Shown in pieces: positions 43,570-56,425 of a stretch of DNA of 64,000 nucleotides. The stretch lies in assembly GCF_009914755.1 (NCBI RefSeq), contig NC_060938.1; one strand, 5' to 3'. The notes beneath the pieces were generated by a model that did no database searches, had not been told where the DNA came from, and was given only the letters and a program-made list of their open reading frames with translations. Position numbers and translations under genes: made by a program. The stretch comes from the human T2T-CHM13v2.0 reference genome, Homo sapiens. Numbering within the stretch: the stretch's first letter is position 1; the number at the start of each line of letters is the position of its first letter.

Positions 43570-44100
43570 GCCATTCAAGTCTCTAGGAAGTTCCAAACTT
43601 TCCTGTTTTCCTTTCTTCCTCTGAACCCTCCAAACTGTTCCAACCTCACCTGTTACCCAGTATCAAAGTCACTTCCAAATTTTTGGGTATCCTTATAGCA
43701 GCACCCCACTCTCTGAGAACCAATTTACTGTATTAGTTCATTCTTACACTGCTATAAAGAACTGTCCGAGACTGGGTTATTCATAAAGAAAAGAGATTTA
43801 ATTGACTCACAGTTCTGCAGGGTTGGGAAGGTCTCAGTAAACTAAAAATCATGGTGGAAGGGGAAGCAAACACGTCCTTCTTCATATGGCAGCACAATGG
43901 AGAAGTGTCAAGCAAAGCGGGGAAATGTCCGTTATAAACTGTCAAATCTCATGAGAACTCACTCACTATCATGAGAACAGCATGGGGAAACCACCCCCAT
44001 AATCAACTGCCTTCCACCAGGTCCCTTCCACGACATGTGGGGATTATGGGAACTACAATTCAAGATGAGATTTGGGTGGAGACACAGCCAAACCATATCA
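43570..44100 (-). mobile_element. Truncated THE1 provirus: 5' LTR (43729-44100) plus ~160 bp of THE1-int
   Basis: LTR tgtattag...aaccatatca joined to THE1-int start (gtctctaggaagttccaaactttcc...tatagcagcaccccactc). Confidence 0.88.
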
Positions 44101-45974
44101 GTAACTATAAGATGAAAAATGACTTCATCTGTTTATCTGCTTGTATTTATAATTTGTACTATGTGAATTCTTTCCCCTTGTGACTTTTAAACAATTTGGT
44201 TTTAAATATGCAGGTTAAATACTGATAGAGAAATTTAAAGTATTTGTAAGCTTAAAATCCAGTACAATAATAAATATAACTAAATATTCACCAATTGCCC
44301 ACAAAAGTGTAGTGACCTATGTTATTAAATGAACTGCCAGATAGTGAAACACATGTTATATTATAGGCAACAACTTGTAAAGGAAGAAATTAAATTAACT
44401 TATACAAACAACTTACAATAATGACTGATTTGTCTGGATTGCATGATTATTAATTACAGAGAAAGAAAGAGTAAACTATACGCACATTTAAAATATGCTA
44501 TTTAGAATGAGCTATAAAACACGATAATTAATTTTAATTTCCAATTTCTAATTCATTTTATATGATTGGGAGTTAGAATAAAGGTGAAAACTCATGTTTT
44601 TTTCAATACATTTTTAATCTTACATTTCTTACCAAAAATAAATTATTCCAAAAAGAAAAAATAATTCTGTCATAAGGGCTTCAAATTTATTTAATTTTTG
44701 AAGCTTTTACCTGAGATATTTAGTTTAAAATTAAAAGAAATTAAACTTCTGTTTCCTGGCCTGCTATGTAGGAGTTTAGAAACTGCTATTCCATCCCAAC
44801 AACAAGCAAAAGGTGTAACAAGTTGAAAAGAAACAACTCTTCATAGATCCCTCAGAGAATTGTGGTCACAGGGCAAACTGCTGCTCCCAAAGTTGTAAAT
44901 ACATACAGGTGGATTTAGAAAATCAAAACTTTCCAGAACAACCACGCATGAGCAGAAGTACCCATGGGAACTGGTAACCAGGTAGGAAAACCTATACTGT
45001 GATTGACAAATTGCTGGAAACTCAGTGTGAGTAAGTCTGAGAGTTAGAAACTCTAGGGTATCCAGTCATAGGTAAGGCCCCCCACACTGTATGAGTTTTA
45101 CTTTCAGGAGCCCAATAAGATTCTCACAGTGAAGATAGAAAAACAAACAAACAAACCTTGAATTCCAGCAGGAGGGAGAAAAAAGGCAGCTATTTTGAAA
45201 TATACCAGAGCATTCAATTCTTGTTAACAAGGTCAATCCTCAAGAGACGCTATTTTACTAGAGTAAACTACTGGGCTTTTATCAGAACCTAACCAACTTT
45301 GGGTAAAGAAAAATAACCAACTTCAGCCTCTCCTAGCCATCCTGTGCACCAAATGGTGGGAAACTGAGGAGAACTTGTGCAGGTCACAGCCAAAAGACAC
45401 AGACTCACAAAAAGAATGACACTTAATCATAAGACAACAGATTGCTACTTTCACCCTATGCCTTACCATCATATGACTAAGTTCTATTCGTCTTCAGTAC
45501 CTTTTACCCAGTATATCATATCTGGCTTTCAACAAAGAATTACAAGACACACTACCAGACAAAAAAAAACACTGTTTGAAGAGCCAGAGCAAGCATCAGA
45601 ACCAGACTCAAATATGGAAGGAATGATGCAATTCTCAAACTGAGAATTTAAAACGACCATGATAAATACGCTAAGAGCTCTAATGGAAAAAGTAGACAGC
45701 AATAAAGAACAGATGTCCAATGTAAGACGATACATATAAATTCTAATAAATAATTTTTAATGATATAAATTAAAAAACTAAAAAATGAAAAATATATGTA
45801 TGAGTTTATTAGTAGTCTAGACACAGCTAAAGAAATTCAGTGAGTTTAATTATATGTTAATAGAAATATTCAAAACTGAAAAATCAAGAGGAATAAAAGT
45901 GAAAAATAAAAAAGAAGTAAAAGAATATCCAAGAATAGTGTAAAACTACAAAAGGTGTAATTTATGATGGATAC

Positions 45975-46383
45975 TTTCATGTGCATCCGTGTGAAGAGAC
46001 CACCAAATAGGCTTTGTGTGAGCAACAAGGCTGTTTATTTCACCTGGGTGCAGGTGGGCTGAGTCTGAAAAGAGAGCAAAGGGAGATAGGGGTGGGGCCG
46101 TTTTATAAGATTTGGGTACGTAAAGGAAAATTACAGTCAAAGGGGGTTGTTCTCTGGTGGGCAGGAGTGGGGGTCACAAGGTACTCAGTGGGGGAGCTTT
46201 TGAGCCAGGATGAACCAGGAGAAGGAGTTTCACAAGACAATGTCATCAGTTAAGGCAGGAACAGGCCATTTTCACTTCTTTTGCGGTGGAATGTCATCAG
46301 TTAAGGCAGGAACGGGCCATCTGGATGTGTACGTGCAGGTCACAGGGGATATGATGGCTTAGCTTGGGCTCAGAGGCCTGACA
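45975..46383 (-). promoter_or_regulatory. 3' LTR7 of provirus A (409 bp)
   Basis: TGTCAGGCCTCTGAGCCCAAG...CATGAAA on minus; AATAAA at 46034-46039; purine tract AAGAAGACAGGAA directly upstream. Confidence 0.95.
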
Positions 46384-47356
46384 TTCCTGTCTTCTTATAT
46401 TAATAAGAAAAATAAAAGGAAATAGTGGTAAAGTGTTGGGACGGCGAAAATTTTGGGGGATGGTATGAAGAGATAATGGGCGATGTTTCTCAGGGCTGCT
46501 TTGACCCGGATTAGGGGCGGCATGGGAACCTAGAGTGGGAGAGATTAAGCTGAAGGAAGATTTTGTGGTAAGGGGTGATATTGTGATGTTGTTAGAAGGA
46601 ACATTTGTCATTTAGAATTATTGGTGATGGCCTGGATACGGTTTCATATGAATTGAAAAACTAAATGGAATAAGAGAAGGAGAAAAACAGGTATTAAAAG
46701 TCTAAGAATTGAGACGACCCAGGACATCTAATTAGAGTGCCTAAGGAGATTCAGCATAGTTCTGCCAGCAAAGATTATTTATTTACTTCAAGAATTAAGA
46801 GTGGCAGTTTGGGGATAGCACCAGGAGATATCCGCTGTGATGGCTTGGAGAAACAGTGTAAACCAGCAGTGTAAACAAGAGCAGGGCATGTATGAGTAGT
46901 TGAGAACGGTGAATAGAAGTATGACTAGACAGAAGATAGAAGGGATGACAAGTTTTCTGGGGCACAGTCTAAGTTGGTCTGGTGTCTGGAATGAGACTGG
47001 GGATTAATAAAAAGGAGCGTCCATACAGGAGCTCAAATGGGCTGTACCCTGTAGCATTCCGAGGACAGGCCTGAATTCTGAGACAAGAAAGAGGTAAAAA
47101 TATTGTCCAGTCCTTTTTAAGTTGGTGGCTGAGCTTGGTGAGGTATGTTTTTAAAAGACCATTAGTCCACTCTACCTTTCCTGAAGACTGAGGACTGTAA
47201 GGGATATAAAGATTTCACTGAATACCAAGAGCCTGAAAAACTGCTTGGCTGATTTGACTAATAAAGCCCAGTCTACTATCAAACTGTGTAGAGGTGGGAA
47301 GGTCAAACCGAGTAATTGTGTCTGACAGAAGGGAAGAAATGACCATGGTGGCCTTC

Positions 47357-48972
47357 TTAGATCCTGTTGGAAAGGCCTCTACCTATCCAGTGAAAGTGTC
47401 TACCTAGACTAAGAGGTATTTTAGTTTCCTGACTCGGGGCATGTTGAGTAAAGCTAATTTGCCAGTCCTCGGTGGGGGCAAATCCCTGAGCTTGATGTGT
47501 AGGGAAGGGAGGGGGGCCTGAATAATCCCTGAGGAGTAGTAGCATAGCAGATGGAACACTGAGAAGTTATTTCCTTGAGGATAGAGTTCCATGATGGAAA
47601 GGAAATGAGAAGTTCTAAGAGGTGGGCTAATGGCTTGTACTATAGCATAGCCTGCCTTTGCTGGTGTGTGGTGATTAGGCCTGGTGGAACTGCCATCAAT
47701 AAACCAAGTGTGATCAGGGTGAGAAACAGGGAAGAAGGAAATGTGGGGAAATGGGATGAACATCAGGTGGATCAGAGAGATACAGTCATGAGGGTCAGGT
47801 GTGGTATCAGGAATAATGTGCGAGACCTGATTGAAGCCCGGGCCAGGAACAATGGTAATTGTGGGAGACTCAACACAGAGTGAGTACAGCTGAAGAAGCT
47901 GGGGGAGCAGAAAGTATATGCATCAGGTGTGAGGAAGAAAATAGATTTTGGAAATTATGAGAGCTGTAGACAGTGAGTTGAGCATAGTTTCTGATTTTAA
48001 GGGCCTCTAAAAGTATTAGGGTGGCAGCAGCCACTGCACGGAGACATGATGGCCAGCCTAAAACAGTAAGGTCAAGTTGTTTGGACAAAAAGGCTACAGG
48101 ATGCGATCCCGGTCCTTGTGTAACAATTCCAACTGCACAGCCCTGCACTTTGGCTGTGTGTAATGAAAAGGGTTGCAATGAGTCAGGGAGAGCTAGGGTG
48201 GGGGCAGTCTCTAAAGCTGTCTTCAAGGAATGGAAAGAGGAGTGGGGAAAAGATTTAGGATCTATGGGGTCAGCTAGGTTTCCTTTTGTGAGTTTATATA
48301 ATGGTTTTGTTAGGATGGCAAAACCAGGTATCCAAAGGCAAAAGTATCCAACCATGCCCAGGAAGGAAAGGAGTTGTTGTTTTGTAGAAGGGATTGGGGT
48401 TTGGGAGATTAGCCAGACACAATCAGCAGGGAGAGCACATGTGTTTTTATGAGAATTATGCCGAGATAGGTAACGGATAAGGAAGAAATTTGGGCTTGAC
48501 TGAAATAATGGGGGCTGTCTGTGAAGCTTTGCGGCAGTACAGCCCAGGTAATTTGCTGAGTTTGATGGGTGTCAGGGTCAGTCCAGGTGAAAGCAAAGAG
48601 AGGCTGGGATGAAGGGTGCAAAGGAATAGTAAAGAAAGCATGTTTGAGATCCAGAAGAGAATGGATTGTGGAGGGAGGTATTGAGGATAGGAGAGTATAT
48701 GGGTTTGGCACCACGGGGTGGATAGGAAAAACAATTTGGTTGATAAGGCATAGATCCTGAACTAACTTATAAGGCTTGTCTGGTTTTAGGACAGGTAAAA
48801 TGGGGGAATTGTAAGGAGAGTTTATAGGCTTTAAAAGGCCATGCTGTAGCAGGCAAGTGATAACAGGCTTTAATCCTTTCAAAGCATGGTGTGGGATGGG
48901 ATCTTGGCACTGAGCCGTGTAAGGGTGATTAGGTTTTAATGAGATGGTAAGGGGTGCATGATCGGTCACCAA
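47357..48972 (-). pseudogene. pol: HERV-H pol remnant (RT, connection, RNase H; fragmented)
   Basis: [46 protein letters not shown]; frameshifted, no YxDD motif visible. Confidence 0.9.
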
Positions 48973-49125
48973 GGAGGGAGTAGAGGTATCTTATACTTGT
49001 GGTTTAAGGTGGAGGGATGCAAGAGGAGGACGCAAAGGAGGCTTTGGATTGGGAAGAAGGGTGGCAACGAGATGTAGCTGTAGTCCAGGAATAGTCAGGG
49101 AAGCAGATAATTTAGTAAAAGTGTC

Positions 49126-49350
49126 TCAGCCTAATAAGGGAACTGGGCAGGTGGGGATAACTAAAAAGGAGTGCTTAAAAGAGTATTGTCTAAGTTGGCA
49201 CCAGAGTTGGGGAGTTTTAAGAGGTTTAGAAGCCTGGCCGTCAATACCCACAACAGTTATGGAGGCAAGGGAAACAGGCCCTTGAAAAGAAGGTAATGGG
49301 GAGTGGGTAGCCTCTGTATTGATTAAGAAGGGGATGGACTTACCCTCCAC
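49126..49350 (-). pseudogene. pro: HERV-H protease remnant
   Basis: FLINTEATHS (catalytic DTGA degenerate) and CPVPLLG. Confidence 0.85.
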
Positions 49351-49399
49351 TGTGAGAGTTACCTAAAGCTTGGCGTCCGTGATGGTCTCCGGGGCTTCC

Positions 49400-50750
49400 G
49401 AGGCGATTGGGCAGCGTCAGTCTTCAGCCGCTAAGCCGAGAAGATCTGGGAAGGAGTCAGTCAGAGAGCCTTGGGCCAGAGTTCCACGGGCTCTGGGAGT
49501 GGCTGCCAGGTGAGTTGAACGTCCGATTTCCAGTGGGGTCCCGCACAGATGGGACACGGCTTAGGAGGAATCCCAGGCTGCAGGCATTCCTTGGCCTGGT
49601 GGCCAGATTTCTGGCACTTGTAGCAAGCTCCTGGGGGAGGCGTTTCTGGAGGAATGCCTGGCCACTGCGGTTTAGGCGTTTGAAAGTTCTTGTGTGCTGG
49701 AGATGTGGCTGGGGTTTGTCTCACAGTGGAGGCAAGGAATTGCCTCCACTCAGAAATATGTTGCTACTTGGCTGCCTTTATTATTGTACACCTTGAAGGA
49801 GAGGTTAATTAAGTCTTGTTGTGGGGTTTGAGGGCTGGAATTTAATTTTTGGAGTTTTATTTAATGTCGGGAGCAGATTGGGTAATAAAATGTATTTTGA
49901 GAATAAGACGGCCTTTTGACCTTTTAGGGTCTAGGGCTGTAATGCATCTCAGGGTTGCTGCCAAACGAGCCATGAACTGGGCTGAGTTTTTATATTTTAT
50001 GAATAAGAGCCTAAATGCTATCTGATTTGGGATAAAGAAAAAGGAGCATTAACCCTGATTATGCCTTTAGCTCCAGCCAGCTTTTTAAGAGTAAATTGCT
50101 GGGCAGGTGGGGGAGGGGCTAGTCATGGAATGAAACTGTAAGCCAGACCAGGTTTGAGGAGGGGAGGTGATAAAAGGATTTATAGGGTGGAGGAGCCGAG
50201 GCTGAGGAAGAATTAGGACCTAGCTCGGCCTGGCGAGGAGGGGAGAGGTCAGATGGGTCTGTAGAAAAGGAAGATTTAGAAAGACTCAGCGATGCTTGGG
50301 GTTGGGACTGAGGGGACCAGTGGGAGGGAAAGAAGGAAGATTTGGGATGAGTTGCATTGGGAACAGAGACTAGAGAAGGATCGATGTGTGAAAGAATGCC
50401 TGGACATCAGGCACCTCAGACCGTTTGCCTATTTTAAGACAAGAATTATTTAGATCTTGTAGGATGGAAAAATTGAAATTGCCATTTTCCGGCTATTTGG
50501 AACTACTGTCGAGTTTGTATTGGGGTCAAGTAGCATTGCAGAAGAAAATAAGACGCTTAGGTTTTAGGCCAGGTGAGAGTTGAAGAGGTTTTAAGTTCTT
50601 AAGAACACAGGCTAAGGGAGAAGAAGGAGGAATGGAAGGTGGAAGCTTGCCCATAGTGAAGGAGGCAAGCCCAGAGAAAAGAGAGTAGAGACATGGAGAA
50701 GGGGTGGGGGGTTCTTGCCCTCCAGAAAAGCAGAGAAGGGGTCGGGGCAC
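49400..50750 (-). pseudogene. gag: HERV-H gag remnant
   Basis: CYKCQKSGHQAKEC CCHC knuckle; second knuckle frameshifted; N-terminal MGKLPPSIPPSSPLACVLKNL. Confidence 0.85.
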
Positions 50751-51160
50751 AGAAATAAGGGATCAGGGAGCAGAGATAAGAGGTCGGGGCATGGAAATAT
50801 GGGATTGGGGCACAGAGATAAGAGGTCAGGTTTCCTGCCCCTCCCCTAGAAATGCGGGACTTGCCGCTAAGGGTGAAGGACCAAGGCAGGCATCCCTTCC
50901 TGGTCTGGCACCTCTGAAACCTGGGTGAATAATCAGAGAGATGCCCCTGCAATGATTAAACACCAAGGGAAGGCTGCCTTCCCAGTCTGTGGCCAGCGCC
51001 GGTGTATTGGGTCCACGGATAAAACGTGTCTTCTTTGTCTCTACCAGAAAATGAAAGGAATTGAAATTGAGAGAAGGGAGAGATTGAAGTGTGGCGCCAA
51101 GATTGAAAGGAGAAAGAGGTTGAGGGATAGTGAGAGAGGTTGGAGAAGACAGTAAAAAGT

Positions 51161-51175
51161 GGCCGCTTACCGGAT
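51161..51175 (-). promoter_or_regulatory. HERV-H leader splice donor (provirus A)
   Basis: Minus strand ATCCG|GTAAGC, GT at 51170-51169. Confidence 0.7.
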
Positions 51176-51296
51176 TTAAAATTGGTGAGATGTTCCTTGG
51201 GCTGGTTGGTCTGAGGACCAGAGGTTGTAGGTGGATCTTTCTCACAGAGCAAAGAGCAGGAGGACAGGGTATTGATTTCCCAAGGGAGGTCCGCTG

Positions 51297-51314
51297 ATCT
51301 GAGTCACGGCACCA
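51297..51314 (-). other. Primer-binding site, tRNA-His
   Basis: TGGTGCCGTGACTCAGAT, 1 mismatch to TGGTGCCGTGACTCGGAT. Confidence 0.92.
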
Positions 51315-51316
51315 AA

Positions 51317-51718
51317 TTTCACTCACATCCATGTGAAGAGACCACCAAACAGGCTTTGTGTGAGCAATAAGGCTGTTTATTTCACCTGGGTGCAGGCGGG
51401 CCGAGTCCGAAGAGAGTCAGCGAAGGGAGATAGGGGTGGGGCTGTTTTATAAGATTTGGGTACATAAAGGAAAAAGGGGGGTTGTTCTCTGGCAGACAGG
51501 AGTAGGGGTCACAAGGTGCTCAGTAGGGGAGCTTTTGAGCCAAGATGAGCCAGGAGAAGGAATTTCACAAGATAATGCCATCAGTTAAGGCAGGAACAGG
51601 CCATTTTCATTTCTTTTGTGGTGGAATGCCATCAGTTAAGGCAGGAACCAGCCATCTGGATGTGTACGTGCAGGTCACAGGGGATATGATGGCTTAGCTT
51701 GGGCCCAGAGGCCTGACA
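51317..51718 (-). promoter_or_regulatory. 5' LTR7 of provirus A (402 bp)
   Basis: LTR adjacent to the PBS; TATAAAA at 51445-51451 on minus. Confidence 0.95.
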
Positions 51719-53171
51719 GATACCAGAAGGAGAACATAGAGGAAAGAGGACAGAAGAAACATTTGAGCTATTTTGGCTCATGCAGAGAAGAAACATTTGA
51801 AGAATAATAATTGAAAAAATTCCCCAAATTAATGTCATTTACCAAACCACAGATAGTATCAGAAACTCAGAGAATACCAAGCAGGAAAAAAATGCCAAAA
51901 ATCTACACCTAGGCATATTATGTAAAAACTATAGCAACCGAAAGATAAAGAAAACAAACAGGAATAAACACCTTACCTATAGAAAAGCAGGGATAAAAAT
52001 TATATCCGACTTTTACTCGAAATCATGCAAGTAAGAATAGAGCAGAGTGAAATATTTTAAGTGGAGAAGGTTGCGGAGAGGAACAACATACAATTCTGTA
52101 GTCTGTAAGTTATTCTAGAGTGAAGGATAAATTGGCCTTCTAAAATAAGCAACAATTGAGAAAATTTATTGCCAGTAGATTTTCCTTGCTAGAAATGTAG
52201 GAAAATACTCTTTAAAGGCAAGGAAAAAGGATCTAGGTCAGAAACTTAGATCTACATAAAGGAAAAGTGCTAAAGAAAGAATAAGTAAAGGAAAATAAAA
52301 CTTTTATTCTTTATATTCTGGTTCAATCTAAGAGATAACAGTTTTTAAAAAGTAACAATAGAAACAATGTATTCAATTATCATAGCATATGCATAAGTGA
52401 AGTGAATGAGAGCAATGCTACAATGGAGTGGAGGGAGAAATTCAGAATACTTTGTTATTATAAAGTACTAGCACTACCCGTGAAGCCATATAGTTTTGGA
52501 AATTGACTTATTCATAAAAGTATATTGCAAGATTTAGGGCAACCACTACAATAAAAAGATGTTTTTTAATATACATAATAGTTGTACATATTTATGGGGT
52601 ACATGTGTTATTTCGTTACAAGTATACAATGTGCAATGATCAAATCAGGGTAATTGGGATATCTATTACCTTACAATTTATCATCTCTTTTGTATTAGGA
52701 AAATTCCAATTACTTTCTTTTAGTTATTTTGAAATATAAACTAAATATTTAGCTATATTAACCCTATTGTGCTACAAAATGCTACATGTTATTTCTTCCA
52801 CCTAATTGTATTTTTGCACTCATTAACAATTCCCACTTTATTTACCTCTCCCCACTACCCTTCCCAGTTTTGGTAACAATCATTCTACTCTCTATGAGTT
52901 CAATTTAATTTTTTTCTCACATATCAGTGAGAAGATGTGTCTTTCTGTTCCTGGATAATTTCACTTAACATAATGACCTGTAATTCCAACCATGTTGTTG
53001 CAAATGACAGAATTTGATTATTTTTTATTGCTGAATAATATTCCATGGTGTATATGTACCATATTTTCTTGATGCATTCATCTGTCAATGAACACTCAGG
53101 TTGTTCCACGTCTTGCTATTTTGAATAATGCTGCAATAAACACAGGAATGCGAATACTCTTTTGATATATT

Positions 53172-53580
53172 TTTCATGCACGTCCGTGTGAAGAGACTAC
53201 CAAACAGGCTTTGTGTGATCAATAAAGCTGTTTATTTCACCTGGGTGCAGATGGGCTGAATCTGAAAAGAGAGCGAAGGGAGATAGGGGTGGGGCCGTTT
53301 TATAAGATTTGGGTACGTAAAGGAAAATTACAGTCAAAGAGGATTGTTCTCTGGTGGGCAGGAGTGGGGGTCACAAGGTACTTAGTGGGGGAGCTTTTGA
53401 GCCAGGATGAACCAGGAGAAGGAGTTTCACAAGACAATGTCATCAGTTAAGGCAGGAACAGGCCATTTTCACTTCTTTTGTGGTGGAATGTCATCAGTTA
53501 AGGCAGGAACGGGCCATCTGGATGTGTACGTGCAGGTCACAGGGGATATGATGGCTTAGCTTGGGCTCAGAGGCCTGACA
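53172..53580 (-). promoter_or_regulatory. 3' LTR7 of provirus B (409 bp)
   Basis: Same LTR structure; AATAAA at 53231-53236 on minus. Confidence 0.95.
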
Positions 53581-54559
53581 TTCCTGTCTTCTTATATTAA
53601 TAAGAAAAATAAAATGAAATAGTGGTAAAGTGTTGGGACAGTGAGAATTTTGGAGGATGGTATGGAGAGATAATGGGCAATGTTTCTCAGGGCTGCTTTG
53701 ACCGGGATTAGGGGCGGCATGGGAACGCAGAGTGGGAGAGTTTAAACCGAAGGAAGATTTTGTGGTAAGGGGTGATATTGTGGTGTTGTTAGAAGGAACA
53801 TTTGTCATTTAGATTATTGGTGATGGCCTGGATACAGTTTTGTATGAATTGAAAAACTAAATGAAATAAGAGAAGGAGAAAAACAGGTATTAAAGGTCTA
53901 AGAATTCGGACGACTCAGGATATCTGATTAGAGAGTGCCTAAGGAGGTTCAGCATAGTCCTGTCAGCAAAGATTATTTATTTACTTCAAGAGTTAAGAGT
54001 GGCAGTTTGGGGATAGCACTAGGAGATAACAGCTGTGATGGCTTGGAGAAACAGTGTAAACCGGCAGTGTAAACAAGAGCAGGGCATGTATGAGTAGTTG
54101 AGAACAGTGAATAGGAGTATGACTAGACAGAAGATAGTAGGGATGACAAGTTGTTTTGGGGCACAGTCTAAGTTGGTCTGGTGTCTGGAATGAGACTGGG
54201 GCCTAATAAAAAGGATCATCTATACAGGAGCTTAAATGGGCTGTACCTTGTAGCATTCTGAAGACATGCCTGAATTCTGAGAAAGGAAAGTGGTAAAAGT
54301 ATTGTCCAGTCCTTTTTAAATTGGTGGCTGAGCTTGGTGAGGTGTGTTTTTAAAAGACTTTTAGTCTGTTCTACTTTTCTTGAAGAAGGAGGACCGTAAG
54401 GGATATAAAGGTTTCACTGAATACTAAGAGCCTGAAAAAATGCTTGGCTGATTTGACTATAAAAGGCTGGTCTGTTATCAGACTGTATAGAGGTGGGAAG
54501 GCTAAACTGAGGAATTATGTCTGACAGAAGGGAAGAAATGACTGCGGTGGCCTTCTCAG

Positions 54560-55957
54560 ACCCTGTAGGAAAGGCCTCTACCTATCCAGTGAAAGTGTCT
54601 ACCTAGACTAAGAGGTATTTCAGTTATCTGACTTGGGGCATGTTGAGTAAAGCTAATTTGCCAGTCCTGGGTGGGGGCAAATCCTTGAGCTTGATGTGTA
54701 GGGAAGGGAGGGGGCCTGAATAATCCCTGAGGAGTAGTAGAATAGCAGGTGGAACACTGAGAAGTTATTTCCTTGAGGATAGATTTCCATGATGGAAAGG
54801 AAATGAGAGGTTCTAAGAGGCGGGCTAGTGGCTTGTACTATAACATAGCCTGCCTTTGCTGGTGTGTGGTGATTAGGACTGGTGGAACTGCCATCAATAA
54901 ACTAAGTGTGATCAGGGTGAGAAACAGGGAAGTAGGAAATGTGGGGAAATGAGGTGAATATCAGGTGGATCAGAGAGATACAGTCATGAGGGTCAGGTGT
55001 GGTATCAGGAATAATGTGCAAGGCCAGATTGAAGCCCGGGCCAGAAACAATGGTAATTGTGGGACTTAACAAAGAGTGAGTACAGCTGAAGGAGCTGGGG
55101 AGCAGAAAGTATATGCGTCAGGTGTGAGGAAGAAAATAGATTTTGGAAGTTATGAGAAATGTAGAGAGTGAGATGAGCATAGTTTGTGATTTTTAGGGCC
55201 TCTAAAAGTATTAAAGCAGCCACAGCCATTGCATGCAGACCTGAGGGCTAGGCTAAAAGAGTAAGGTCAAGTTGTTAGGACAGAAAGGCTACAGGGTGCC
55301 ATCCTGGCTCTTGTGTAAGAATTCTGACCACACTAACCATCCCTAGGAAGGAAAGGAGTTGTTGTTTTGTAAGGGATTGAGGTTTGGGAGATTAATCGGA
55401 CACGATAAGCAGGGAGAGCACGTGTGTTTTATGAGAATTATGCCAAGATAGGTAACAGATGAGGATGAAATTTGGGCTTGACTGAAGTAATGAGGGCTAT
55501 CTGTGAAGCCTTGCGGCAGTACAGCCTAGGTAATTTGCTGAGCCTAATGGGTGTCCGGGTCAGTCTAAGTGAAAGCGAAGAGAGGCTGGGATGAAGGTTG
55601 CAAAGGAATAGTAAAGAAAGCATGTTTGAGATCTAGAACAGAATAATGGGTTGTGGAGGGAGGTATTGAGGATAGGAGAGTATATGGGTTCGGCACCACG
55701 GGGTGTATAGGCAAAACAATTTAGTTGATAAGGCACAGATCCTGAACTAATCTGTAAGACTTGTCCAGTTTTTGGACAGGTAAAATGGGGGAATTGTAAG
55801 GAGAGTTTATAGGCTTTAAAAGACCATGCTGTAGCAGGCGAGTGATAACAGGCTTTAATCCTTTTAAAGCGTGCTGTGGGATGGGATCTTGGCATTGAGC
55901 GGGGTAAGGGTGATTAGGTTTTAATGAGATGGTAAGGGGTGCATGATCGGTCGCCAA
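54560..55957 (-). pseudogene. pol: HERV-H pol remnant (provirus B)
   Basis: YNSPILPVQKLDKSYRLVQDL and AALILLEALKITNYA; multiple stops plus an extra ~0.2-kb deletion relative to provirus A. Confidence 0.88.
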
Positions 55958-56425
55958 GGAGGGAGTAGAGGTATCTTATCCTTGTGGTTTAAGGTGGGGG
56001 GATACAAGAGGAGGACACAAAGGAGGCTTTGGATTGGAAAGAAGGGCGGCAATGAGATGTAGCTGTAATCCAGGAATGGTCAGGGAAGCAGATAATTTAG
56101 TTAAATTATCTGCCTAATAAGGCAGCCTAATACGGGAACTGGGCAGGTGGGGATAACTAAAAGGAGTGCTTAAAAGAGTATTGTCTAAGTTGGCACCAGA
56201 GTTGGGGAGTTTTAAGAGGTTTAGAAGCCTGGCTGTCAATATCTAAAACAGTTATGGAGGCAAGGGAAATAGGCCCTTGAAAAGAAGGTAATGTGGAGTG
56301 AGTAGCCTCCGTATTGATTAAGAAGGGGACTGGCTTACCTTCTACTGTGAGAGTTATCTGAAGCTCGGCATCCGTGATGGTCTAGGGGGCTTCTGAGGCT
56401 ATTGGGCAGCGTCAGTCTTCAGCCA

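Larger units (their letters stand above)
45975..51718 (-). mobile_element. HERV-H provirus A (env-deleted, 5744 bp)
   Basis: Two LTR7s, tRNA-His PBS, gag/pro/pol remnants; exact TSD GATAC at 45970-45974 and 51719-51723. Confidence 0.97.

Noticed and set aside
46384-47356. Possible env gene
   Set aside because: Under 1 kb lies between pol and the 3' LTR, with no env-like ORF; the same holds for provirus B.
51297-51314. tRNA-His-like sequence
   Set aside because: It is only the 18-nt primer-binding site, not a tRNA gene.
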